NCBI RefSeq assembly: GCF_022045235.1
Contig: NW_027266272.1
Coordinates: forward strand, 20,832,001 to 20,896,000
Reading direction: 5' to 3'
Source of the DNA: Haliotis cracherodii
Lineage: Eukaryota
DNA length: 64,000 bases
Made by a program: the position numbers and the translations under genes. Each line of letters opens with the position of its first letter. The stretch's first letter is position 1. Below the pieces are notes generated by a model, which was not told the origin of the DNA, made no database searches, and saw only the letters and a program-made list of their open reading frames with translations. Of this stretch, positions 52,915 through 64,000 are shown one piece after another.

Positions 52915-54105
52915 TGAATTCCTTAATTACATACGTACATTTACAATTATAGGATTGTGCGAAACCTGGCTAAAAGCTTACGACTTTTCAAAGGAGTTCT
53001 CTGAATATGTTTACTTTAATGTTGAATCTCCAAACAAGGTAGGCTATCCGGTGGTATTACATTGTTAATAAAAAACACACTTTCAAAATCCATTTTATGG
53101 TCAAAAATATGTGACAACTGAGTTTTCATTTTGCTAAAGAAATCTGTATTTAATAATGCTAAGGACACTCTTAAAGGTTGTGTATACATCAATCCAGAGA
53201 AGTCAAATTGGTATGTCGGCGTATCTATACTCCAGGATGCGTTAATATATGTACTTCAACAAAGGGGGACGTCTCTATCCTCGGGGGCGACTTCAACGCC
53301 CGCACTGGAACAGACTTTGATTTTGTTGAGGACGATATAATGAGAGCTCTGCAAATTGACAAGTGTCATTTTCTCTGTGAGGGTATTTGCACACAGCGAT
53401 TTTCATCCGATAAGACTGAACAAATTTGGGCGAATTTTGCTTAATATGTGTGCTTCTCTAAACCTGTCTATACTTAATGGTCGTTGTGGATCTGATGCCA
53501 GTGTGGGAGATTTTACGTGTATGTCCTCTACAGGCGCAAGCGTTATTTACTATGTTATCACAACAAGTGATTTGTTTACATTGTGTAAGAATTTTAACAT
53601 CGGATCTCGGATCGAGTCTCCGCACGCGCCAATCAATTGTACCCTTCAGTCACGTGATACTGAAATTGACAATGCTATGTCGGGTGAGAATGTGAAGCCG
53701 GATGTATGTATTAAGTATACTTGGCGTGATAACGTTGGTGATCGGTTAAGAGAAAATGTCTCATGTGATGAAATTGAGCATTTGTTTGATGATTGTATTA
53801 CGTTAGCATTAACAGACATAAATGCAGCAATTAGTAAATTTACGGACGCTTTGTTGAAAGCAGCAGATTTTACAAAGCGTAAGATTGTTCAGCATCATGG
53901 ACGCGACAGGCCATGGTTTGATAAAGAATGTGATTATCACAGAAGAGAAGCCTTCCGACTACTAGATGTTTTTAATAGTATAAAGGATAATGTTTCGTTA
54001 CAAGCCTATTCACTGCAGCATAAAACATATAAGGATACCGTTGGGTGTAAGAAAAGAGCTAACACTTTTTTGTGAATAAACAATATATTCATTCAACATT
54101 CATTA
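52915..54105 (+). mobile_element. LINE APE endonuclease fragment, unit 4 copy (longer, frameshifted)
   Basis: Retains an extra segment (~53705-53968, including RPWFDKEC) that is deleted in units 2 and 3. Confidence 0.85.
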
Positions 54106-55136
54106 AGCCATTTAGATACAGACTACATCCGTGGTCTAGTGGAAAGAGAGTCTGCCCGGAGAACGAAACGTCGGTAGTTCGACGCCCGCCTACATCATGC
54201 GAAAAGACGTTTAAAGATAGTAGTTCTTTTTACCCTGCCTGGTCGGCTGAGATTCAGTATACTGAATGCACTCACGCATGCACTCACACACAAACACGCA
54301 CACACACATGCACGTTGCGGCGTAAGTGTGTAAGTGTAAAAAGAAGCACTATCTTTTAACGTCTTTTCGTATGACGCATAATCTTCACCTCACCTCACCA
54401 TGTATTGTCAGCAGCGGTATGAAACTTGCAAACAATTCTTTGGCCATCTGCATGTGGCTATAAAGATACAAAATATACATACATAGTACCCATTTAAATG
54501 TACATATTTTGTACACGAAAAGGGTCAAAATATCAGCTACCATTCACACTATTACTAATATATGTAAACCAAATTCAATTCAATATGCCATATGCAAAAC
54601 ACAGATTCAGTTTGAAAACCGGACTAATTTATCGACCTTACAATGACTCATTACACTAAAGAAATTCCGCCGTGAAGAACCGGGCTGGAATCGGTCAGCA
54701 GCAGGTAAAGTCATCGGGTGGTCCAGCTAACTAAATTGGTTGATCCATTTCATCAGATACCAATTATTAAGATCGATGCTTATGATGTCAATCACTGGAT
54801 TGTCTGGTTCAGACTCGATAGTTAAAAAGAGCTTGAATGTTGCTGAGCGTGGAGGTAAACAACAAACAGATGAAATCAAAAGACAAAACAATTATTATAT
54901 GTGCCCCAACATGGTCAGCATGTTATCAAATTTCAGAATTGATAAGCACTCTCACACAATAAAAAGAGATTTGTTTGCATATATTTAGAAAGAATTACTT
55001 AATTATTTTTTATATTAATTTCAGGTAAGACACTAGAAGCGCTTTTGACCAAAGTCAGTGTGTTTCATCGGCTGGTCCCAGAATTGAGAACAGGCAGCCA
55101 AGTGTGCTGAACATTAAGTTCTGATGCAAAACGACC

Positions 55137-56347
55137 ATGATGTCGCCAATTTTGTTAATTCTTGCCTGTGGTTTTGTGTCTGTTGAGACACAACTCAGAA
55201 ACGCCACTGGTGAATTCCGCCTCTACAATGACATCATCTGGAACAACAACCCATACGAGAGGCCCGTCTACAACAAATCCGAAACTATTACAGTTGAATT
55301 TGACTTTCATCTACACACAGTGAGCCGATACATTGAGTCACAACAACAGCTCCTATACACAGGGTGATTTGTTGTTATGTGGTCTAATCAGTTTCTCACC
55401 TGGAATTCTGAAATGTATGACTGAGTTAAGTTTATCAGACCCCCAGATAGCTACGTCTGGATACCTGATCTTGTTGTGTCAATTCCTTCCAACAACTCGA
55501 CCGCCTTGGAGGAGATTTCGTGTCTCTGAAACTATTTTCAAATGGACATATACAGTGGATGCCTGGGGATATATTCTACCTGCCATGTAGTGTGGATGTT
55601 GAGTTGTACCCATTTGATAGCCTGAAGTGTTCTATGGACCTGGTTGTGTGGTCACACAAAGAAGTTGACCTGAAACCACGTGCTGGAGTGTCCAGTTCCA
55701 ACATACGGAGTCAGTGGAGTTTGACGCCAGCCTCTATCATTTCACTGAAAAAACATTCTGACAACAAAACAATGTCAACAGTGAAAATTACACTCATTCT
55801 AGAAAGACTCCCAACCAATTTTGTCTTTAACTTTATCCTCCACGTCATGATTCTCTCTCTTCTAGGAACGTTTGTGTTCCTCATTCCAGCAGATTCAGGA
55901 GAAAAAGTATCATTTGCCATCACAATTCCTCTTTCTTATGGAGTCTACATGGGATTTCTGACAAACATGGTACCACAAAGTTCCGAGGGTGTGTCCACCT
56001 TTATCATTTTCCTTGGAATCACGCTATCATTGTCTGCGTTATTTGTCATCCTCAGCATATTCAGTGTCAGGATCTCAGCACGCAGTAATTCACGACCCGT
56101 TCCTAAAGCATTCCAAAGAATCACCGTCTGGGTTGAACATGTTAAAAACTGGTCGACAAAGAAGGCCGCATCCTAACCATATCTCTGAGGACACAGAACA
56201 ATCAGATGATTCCGAGGCTAAGGAACATACTCAAGTAATGACGTGGAAGCGATTGACAAGGCCCTTGATCTGTTTTTCTTCAGGGTGTTGTGTATACCTT
56301 TGTTGATAGAGATTCCAGTACTGTTACTGTCCATAGCGGTGCTTTAA
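55137..56347 (+). pseudogene. nAChR-like subunit type A4 pseudogene
   Basis: TGG>TGA at the loop-D Trp (55365-55367), a second stop, several frameshifts and small deletions relative to A3. Confidence 0.95.
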
Positions 56348-58986
56348 TGACAAAATGTTTCTTACAAACCATCACTTGTATATGTCGTATTTAGTAGAAT
56401 AGGTTATAGTAATTCTCTGAGAAAAATATTCACTGTGAATTGTGCGTAGGAATCAATGATAGTGTCTTTGTTTTTTATGACTTGAGTGTGCGCTATTATG
56501 ATATGCCATCTGAAATTCAAAGCATCATCAGCAGAGAATAACCAGTCTCGAGTTTCCGTCAAAACAGATTCCTTTCCGCACAAAAGCCAAAACAACAGTG
56601 AAAGCTATATGAATGGATCACTGCAAATCAGTGATGACACTAGTTTTTCGCGACCCGAAACTCAAAACTGTACGCCCCGTGCTTTGGTTTATGCAATATG
56701 TTTTGTAAGAATAAATGAGGAAGGACGAATCAAACGTCATGCCTACATATCAGTGTTCCATGCTGTTAAGAGACATGAATAATGAATAAAATCGTATCGT
56801 ATTGTTCTCCAGAATTGACCAATTTGGCGTCATCTAAAATTCCCATGTGCAAATAGCATATAATTATCATTAACTCACAACATTATGATAGTTTTATGTG
56901 TGGAGTTAGACACATGCGTTAAGGTGACACTAGGGCACATGTGTTTATCTTGAAGGCAGCAACATCTGCGACTGCCACGAACCAAAGATTCCTTGGTTTC
57001 CACAGATGTTAAACAGAGTTGGTGCCAATTATTAATCTTGCTGCACAATGGAATCTGTGATAACGTGTACTGACGGTTATTGATTGCTGTGATGCTCTGG
57101 GCCTCTGTGCCCATGTTTACGTTGCACTGTCTGGACCCCGTAAATTGTAAATGAACTGCTGAAGTAGTTGGACACACAAAACACTCGTTCCTGAAATGTT
57201 AGGACCCTAAAACTCCGAGTTTTGGACATTGTCCATCTAAAAGGTTGAGATGCGTTTGGCGATAAAGACAAAAACAAACATAATGGTAATGATCTGAACT
57301 GATTTACGGAAGACTGGTAAGTAACATACTTGTGTATGCCATTTCACAGACATATGACCCTTTCAATGTATCTCACTTTATTTAATATATCACTGAGAGG
57401 TTGCACATGTTTTAGCTTCTCTGCAATTGCGTGAGTGATTTGTCATCAACTTTCACTCTGCTTTTAGAAGAGATTTCTTATGAATATGGGAATAGGTTTG
57501 TCCGTTTTATTTATTTAGAGCGATCAGTTTCTCGTCAATTGACCCTCACTGATCCAATGGTACATGTTGTTTCACTATTTCCGATATTTGAAACACATCG
57601 TATTGTCTGTTAACAATGTATTTGACATGTTCTCTGAATAATGTAGTGTCGGCAAATCTGCATTTTGTATTGCCCTCCAACGAATTTTGAGAAATTACGT
57701 TTCTACAAATATTTAGGTCTGCGGTGATCAAACTGAAACAATCATGCAGGGTAATGTCTTTTTGAATAACCAGAACACTGATTAGCTAAGAATTCGGATT
57801 AACCTATTAAATATATGACCAGTCACATACCAAATGTGACGTACTGCTGAAATTGTATTTGCTATAGCGTTAGAATTATATCTCAGAATAAGAATGTTGA
57901 GAATGGAGACTTCTGATGTGATGAATTGAATTTTTATCATTTTTGTCAAAATCTACGATAATGTTTGGGACCCAAAATTTCACTGCTTCAAACACGCGAT
58001 TAGTTTTCTGCGAAAGGAGGAGCCGACATCAGGACATCCAGCATACAACTTATTTTTAGCTCACCTGGCCTTAAAGGATTTTGTTGCCGCAGGTCGTCCC
58101 TCGTCGGCGTACTCGATGCAATTGTTTTACATTTTTGACATCACCGAAATGGCTTGATGGTTCAACTGAAATTGTATTCAATAAACACCGAATAGACATC
58201 TCCTTCCATTGATTTACCCACCTGACCTGAACAAGGAATAAAGGAGACCAGTGAGACCGCTTCACCTATTTCATATTTAGATCTATGCATAAACATTCTC
58301 CACATGTCTACATTTCGCAACTTTTGAGGTACAATCGAGCATGTTCTTTAACGAAGATTACAACTTTGTCTCTGCAATTGTTTGATTCAATTACTCAGAT
58401 AAGCTTTCAAACAGTTTAATGGTAGACATATGGAGGAAAGTTCCACATTTCACGCATCAATGACAAAGATAAAGTCCAAGTCAATTCACTTTTTTCACTT
58501 GTCCCCGTGTTTTTACGGAATCAATTGATTTGACTTTGAATGTGTTTGTGACAGGTGCCAACAGTGGGGCAGGATACGCTCCCCCATGGTATCATCACTG
58601 TTTGAAAGAAATTAATAAACACATGCTTAGTATAGTGGGAATCGTACAATCGACTCTCAGATAACAGATTTGTTATGGACATGAAAAGGGTTTTGTCGCT
58701 CTTATTCCCCTGCATTAACCAATGACAGAGACTGCAAATGCCATTGTTTAAACAAGCACGTGGTTTCGTTAAATATTTAATGGAAAGCAATGAATAGAAT
58801 ATGGGAATGCATTGTACGAAAACATATCAATAATTAAAGCATCCCTGGATCCTAACTTATGTTTGTTGCAAAAGACAACTAAATGGATCCGTGTTCCTGC
58901 TCGCTGATTTGGTTGATACAGTGATGCAAGTCATCGTCTTCCAATTGCGTAGATCGATGCTCACGTAATGGATGGTCGGGTTCAGC

Positions 58987-58987
<1 letters not shown>

Positions 58988-59062
<75 letters not shown>
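58988..59062. repeat. (AT)n(GT)n microsatellite at the right edge of the array
   Basis: Visible dinucleotide runs. Confidence 0.95.
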
Positions 59063-59064
<2 letters not shown>

Positions 59065-59069
59065 CTTAG

Positions 59070-59290
59070 TGCCGTGACAAACGTTGTCCTACTTGCAGAA
59101 ATATAATTGAAATATAATTGGAGGCTCTTTAGTCCAAATTACAAAGGACACTAAATTTACTGTAAAACAAAATATGACTTGTGATACTAGAAATGTTATT
59201 TATTTGATTGTTTGTAGTGGATGCATGAAAAGTATATCGGAAAGACAGAACTCAAATTGAAAAGAAGAATGAATCTTCACCGTTTACAAA
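59070..59290 (+). mobile_element. Penelope-like GIY-YIG endonuclease fragment, continuing at 60821-60866
   Basis: CRDKRCPTC, MTCDTRNVIYLIVCSGC, frameshift, KYIGKTELKLKRRMNLHRLQ; resumes as IKQPNNRTIPLSEHL after the insertion. Confidence 0.75.
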
Positions 59291-60822
59291 CAAGCATGAA
59301 ATACTCACATCCCCCGCCAATATGTCGGATGTGTGCAGTGCATAAGCTCCTCTGCACTATGTTCACTGGGCCTTTTTGTAAAGAAATATAGTACGTTTTT
59401 CAAGATCTGCTCCGGAAAGGAGGACTACCGCCATTTTCAGTCTAGATCAAAGTCGTTGCCATGGAAACTCGAAAAATAACTTTAAAAGAAAATCCCAAAC
59501 TATCAAAAGGCACCAGTTCACCACTAGATCCATCAATCTGCAAAATATGGTGAAGAAATATGGTATGGTTTCGAAGATCTGCTCCGGGGACGAGGACTAC
59601 CGCTATTTTCAGTCTAAAACTACTTTTTTTTAAATCCCAAACTATCAAAAGGCACCATTTCACCACTAGATCTATCTATGTGTTAAGTTTGGTGAAGAAA
59701 TATGGTACGGTTTTCGAGATCTGCTCCGGAAACGAGAACTACCGCCATTTTCAGTCTAAATCAAAGTCGTTGCCATGGAAACTCGAAAAATATTTTTTTT
59801 TTAAATCCAAACCTATCAAAAGGCACTAGTTCACTACTGGATCTATCTATGTGCTAAGTTTGTTGAAGAAATATGGTATGGTTTTCAAGATCTGCTCCGG
59901 AAACGAGGACTACCGCCATTTTCAGTCTAAATCAAAGTCGTTGCCATGGAAACTCGAAAAACTACTTTTTTTTAAATCCCAAACTATCAAAAGGCACCAG
60001 TTCACCACTAGATCCATCAATGTGCAAAATATGGTGAAGAAATATGGTATGGTTTCGAAGATCTGCTCCGGGGACGAGGACTACCGCTATTTTCAGTCTA
60101 AAACTACTTTTTTTTAAATCCCAAACTATCAAAAGGCACCATTTCACCACTAGATCTATCTATGTGTTAAGTTTGGTGAAGAAATATGGTACGGTTTTCG
60201 AGATCTGCTCCGGAAACGAGAACTACCGCCATTTTCAGTCTAAATCAAAGTCGTTGCCATGGAAACTCGAAAAATATTTTTTTTTTAAATCCAAACCTAT
60301 CAAAAGGCACTAGTTCACTACTGGATCTATCTATGTGCTAAGTTTGTTGAAGAAATATGGTATGGTTTTCAAGATCTGCTCCGGAAACGAGGACTACCGC
60401 CATTTTCAGTCTAAATCAAAGTCGTTGCCATGGAAACTCGAAAAACTACTTTTTTTTAAATCCCAAACTATCAAAAGGCACCAGTTCACCACTAGATCTA
60501 TCTATGTGTTAAGTTTGGGGAAGAAATATGGTACTGTTTTCAAGATCTGCTCCGGAAACGAGGACTACCGCCATTTTCAGTCTAAATCAAAGTCGTTGCC
60601 ATGGAAACTCGAAAAATATATTTTTTTAAAATCCCAAACTATCAAAAGGCACTAGTTCACAACTAGATCTATCTATGTGCCAAGTTTGGTGGAGAAATAT
60701 GGTACGGTTTTCAAGATCTGCTCCGGAAACGAAATGTGTAGGACGGACGGCCAGACGGAAAGACGGTCGGATGGAAGGACGGCCGGACGGCCGGACAGCA
60801 CCCATTCGTGGCGGGGGATAAT
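59288..60822. mobile_element. Non-autonomous Helentron (HINE/DINE-1-like) element with an internal ~170-bp tandem array
   Basis: Inverted repeat atcccccgcca (59309-59319) / tggcgggggat (60809-60819); about 8 tandem monomers; (GACG)-rich tract at 60741-60797; inserted in an A run. Confidence 0.7.
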
Positions 60823-60867
60823 AAAGCAGCCTAACAACCGCACGATTCCACTCAGTGAACATTTAGT

Positions 60868-61037
60868 TAAGAATTGACCTTCACTTTGTGTGAGTTCATT
60901 GGAGTATGAACCTGCATTGAGTGAGGGCCAAACTGTATGAACGTCGGAGCTTGCGACGATGTTCATACAATGTCTGGCCCTCACTCTATGAAGGTTCATA
61001 CTCCAATGAACTCACACAAAGTGAAAGTCAATTCTTA
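60868..61037. repeat. ~170-bp near-perfect palindrome
   Basis: taagaattgaccttcactttgtgtgagttcattggagtatgaacct pairs with aggttcatactccaatgaactcacacaaagtgaaagtcaattctta; the inner arms also pair. Confidence 0.9.
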
Positions 61038-62351
61038 TAATATTTTATCACAATTTCTTACCTGAAAGGATGTAGATCAAGATCTAAACACAATTTTATT
61101 TAGTACGTGTGACTTCATGTTTACACTGACAGCCTTACAACAACCAGCTATATCGCGGAGTAAAATAGTTCCTCAAAAAGAGAGGTGACATGGGCGTATG
61201 GATGCACAACTTGCTATTCAGAAACATCTTACGCAGCACATGCGTTCAAATCATATCCTCATTAGATGAGAAAGGTCTGTAAAGAACTACCTCAGTAAGT
61301 CAGTCACGATGACAGCGCGTCGTAATACATTTACATCAAGTACAAGACGTCAAAATGGCCGACACGATAAACGTGACGGGAGAGAAGTTGTTAATTAACC
61401 TGTAGCGGTTACATGTGTTAGTCATCATTGATCAACTGACCGATCATTGAAAGGTGAATAAAGATGCGTCAAACAGACACTAAGGTAAATTCATAGATTG
61501 CTGGAGACGGTCAATGTCAGCCTAGGCACGGATCGAGTCGATACTACGATAGTTTAGATGTGCATTTCTTTGTTTATTCATTAGGCTGGTCCGTAGCGAG
61601 GATATTCGTGAACAATAATGCACTCACGCTCTCTGACATTTCTCAATGTATACTGAAACGCTGAGACCAAGAATAAAGGTTATAAATGATCAGAACGAAC
61701 GCCTATGCATGTTTTCGTGCTAGGGAATTCCCAGGGGTTTCCCCAGGAATGTGGAAGTAGTCCGTCAGTGTTTACGTCATTTCAAGAACATGGCCTCGTG
61801 AAAAACGTATGAATGTCAAATTGTGTCGTTGATACACTTATGAACGTCAACTTCGCGGTCATGTGACCGACCTCTCGTCCAATGGAAAATCCGTATATCG
61901 TGTAAACTTCAAATTAAAAAATTATAATTAGGAGATAAATATTTCGTTTTGTAAGATTTGCGTGATGTTATGCTGAATGGATGTACGGAAATTTCATTTG
62001 AACACGACGCCGCTCACCTTCGAAAAGATGCATGATATGGGGTGCCGCGAAACCGATCAATGGTTTCGAGGTACTCCAATAATGAGGGTCCATTTTACGA
62101 AAGGGGTGGTCACATGTTCAAGCTCATTTCTCAGAAAATAAACAAACAACAGGAAATATCACAAATTCAATTCTTTATCACAGTTCCTCATCTTACTTGT
62201 AATTTGTAGTTATGCGTATCTATGAAATACAAATAATCAAAATTAGAAAAGACGTACATACTGTTTGGCCCCTGTACAAGATAGTGTCAACTCGCCTGAA
62301 ACTGAGGTGGTGACAAGAGACGTCAAACGTGCGAAATTTCAGACATGCAGC

Positions 62352-62680
62352 TTAGCTGGGATTGAAAAAGTTGTTTACTGTTACAGTGGAATAACATATG
62401 TGAGAGAGGCCGTGGAAATTAGCAGAAGAATTAACCTGGAAATTACTCACGGGAGCAGTGGACAGTGGCAGGATATTTGTATCTATGACAGGTACCAAAT
62501 TACGTTCGTTAGCGAGCTGCTGCTGTCTCTGAAAAATGTTCGAATAATGTCGTTTTTGAGACGAGCTCGAGTCAATGGAATACGACTTCAACGATTCATC
62601 GGATTTGTGGCCGGTAATTCTGCAAATCTCGCGATTTTCAATACCTGCGTTTGACAGCAAAGTGACGGCAGTTTGCAGTG
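62352..62680 (-). mobile_element. Crypton-like (DUF3504-type) tyrosine recombinase C-terminal fragment
   Basis: TAVTLLSNAGIENREICRITGHKSDESLKSY matches the T..T.L...G.....I...TGH.S..SL..Y catalytic end. Confidence 0.7.
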
Positions 62681-64000
62681 TGAAATTCCCGGTCTTGGAT
62701 AATGTTTATGCTGCGCTCAAATGGCGGCCCCCTGATGTGCCTGTGTATGGCAGCACGCAACCCAACAAAACTCGATTTTGAGTAAAGTTCTCCCTCAGCA
62801 TTTCTGACTTCGGCATAAAAGAACCTCAGTCTCTCATTCAGTTGAAAAGCAGGAAGCTCTTCGAACGTGGGTTCAAAACCTCGGAAACCAAGCCATTCTG
62901 GAAGTGAAAAGATTGCCTTGTTCAGGGTACAAATGTGACGGTAAGTGGGAGTATTTCGTTATTATTACGGTGTCGTGTTTAAATGAAATTTCCGTATATC
63001 CATTTAGTGTAACATATCTCAAATCTTACAAAACGAAATATTTAATTTATGTTAAGATTTTGGTCAATCTCGTTATATTATTGCCAATTTTTGCGATGAC
63101 ACATTGGTCACGCTTTACATTGCTATTATGGCAATGGTGTAAGGGAGGTAACTCTCGCTGATGTTGATCGAATCTGCGTAGGAATTTTTTTTTATGTGTT
63201 TATGTATTCTTTTATGTTTCAATGGCTTACGTCGAAATATTTTAACTCCCAGTAGATTTGGAGAGGTTCCTATCCACGATGTCCTGTACTGCTTTTGTAT
63301 CAAGGGACGCGAAGCGGTGACTGGACGCTTGAACTTTGGGCTCTACGGAAACGCTGGCTGTATTTCCTAGTTCGGGGGCCATCTCAGAACGGTTTTCAGC
63401 TTCAACAGCTTTTTGTGGGTTATAATAAGAACAAAATTAGGTGGGTGTATGAAAGTCATTATAGAGTTGCAATAAATGTTTTATACTCTGTTAAAAATTG
63501 ATTTTGTTTTGTTTTTTCCTTTGGCCAAGCCCAAGAAAATTACATTATTTATGATTATGATTTTGTAATTAATGGAAAAAGGTAAATTTCATTTACCTTC
63601 AAATTCTTGTATTATCTCAGAAAATGTCTCGTCGCCCCATTCACTCAATATTTCATCGAAATCTCAGATGTGGAAGTCAGGGTAAATTTCCATCTGTTCC
63701 TCCATGTTGATGATTTCAAAAATAGTTCCATTAATTAATGTATACATACACGGTGATGAGACCCCAAAAATTCAGCGATGTTATGCCCATTCGACAACAC
63801 TTTTTAGCCAATCAGATCAGGGAACATACCTACATTTATGTTACAATGTATTGTACATTTTACTGCCACTATAACACTTATTTCTGTATATGTCGAACGC
63901 CTGCCCTATCGTCTTAAGGGGCACTGACACGGTACAACTAGTTGTATACAATTTGTTGCATGCAACACATTGCACCGTGTGAACGGGCTAATCTGTCCAA

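Larger units (their letters stand above)
17350..58990 (+). repeat. Tandem segmental duplication of about 3.5 units (~11-12 kb), each carrying an A and a B receptor gene
   Basis: Homologous non-coding landmarks recur, e.g. gaatag.gcct.tgg at ~17363, 28793, 40136 and 51553; identical short ORFs are offset by 12119 bp (20637 vs 32756). Confidence 0.95.

Noticed and set aside
59442-60655. Repeated 60-106 aa ORFs
   Set aside because: They are translations of the satellite monomers with no protein motif.

Overview
Repeat-rich animal genomic DNA, not prokaryotic. The SINE, Penelope and HINE content suggests a mollusc, possibly a gastropod (inference only). The main feature is a tandem array at about 17.35-58.99 kb built from ~11-12 kb units. 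It carries seven same-strand Cys-loop ligand-gated ion channel (nAChR-like) genes, each with its CDS in one exon, in strict alternation A1-B1-A2-B2-A3-B3-A4. A1, B2, A3 and B3 are intact; B1 has a 1-bp frameshift; A2 is a chimera with an in-frame 82-codon deletion; A4 is a pseudogene. All copies lack the loop-C vicinal cysteines and the loop-A/loop-C tyrosines of the acetylcholine site. They keep the cation-type GEK filter but have an unusual M2 helix (Pro at 8', Gly at 16'). A and B types share a gene-conversion-like, nearly identical 98-codon N-terminal block. This resembles the intronless, tandem, ACh-insensitive chemotactile receptors of cephalopods, so the array is a candidate paired chemosensory receptor system. 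The flanks hold a probable B30.2/SPRY-like gene end, a decayed Ngaro/DIRS tyrosine-recombinase retrotransposon with an SGNH-hydrolase remnant, Tc1 elements, several SINE families, Penelope-like and LINE fragments, a HINE-like element with a higher-order satellite, a long palindrome and a Crypton-like recombinase fragment.
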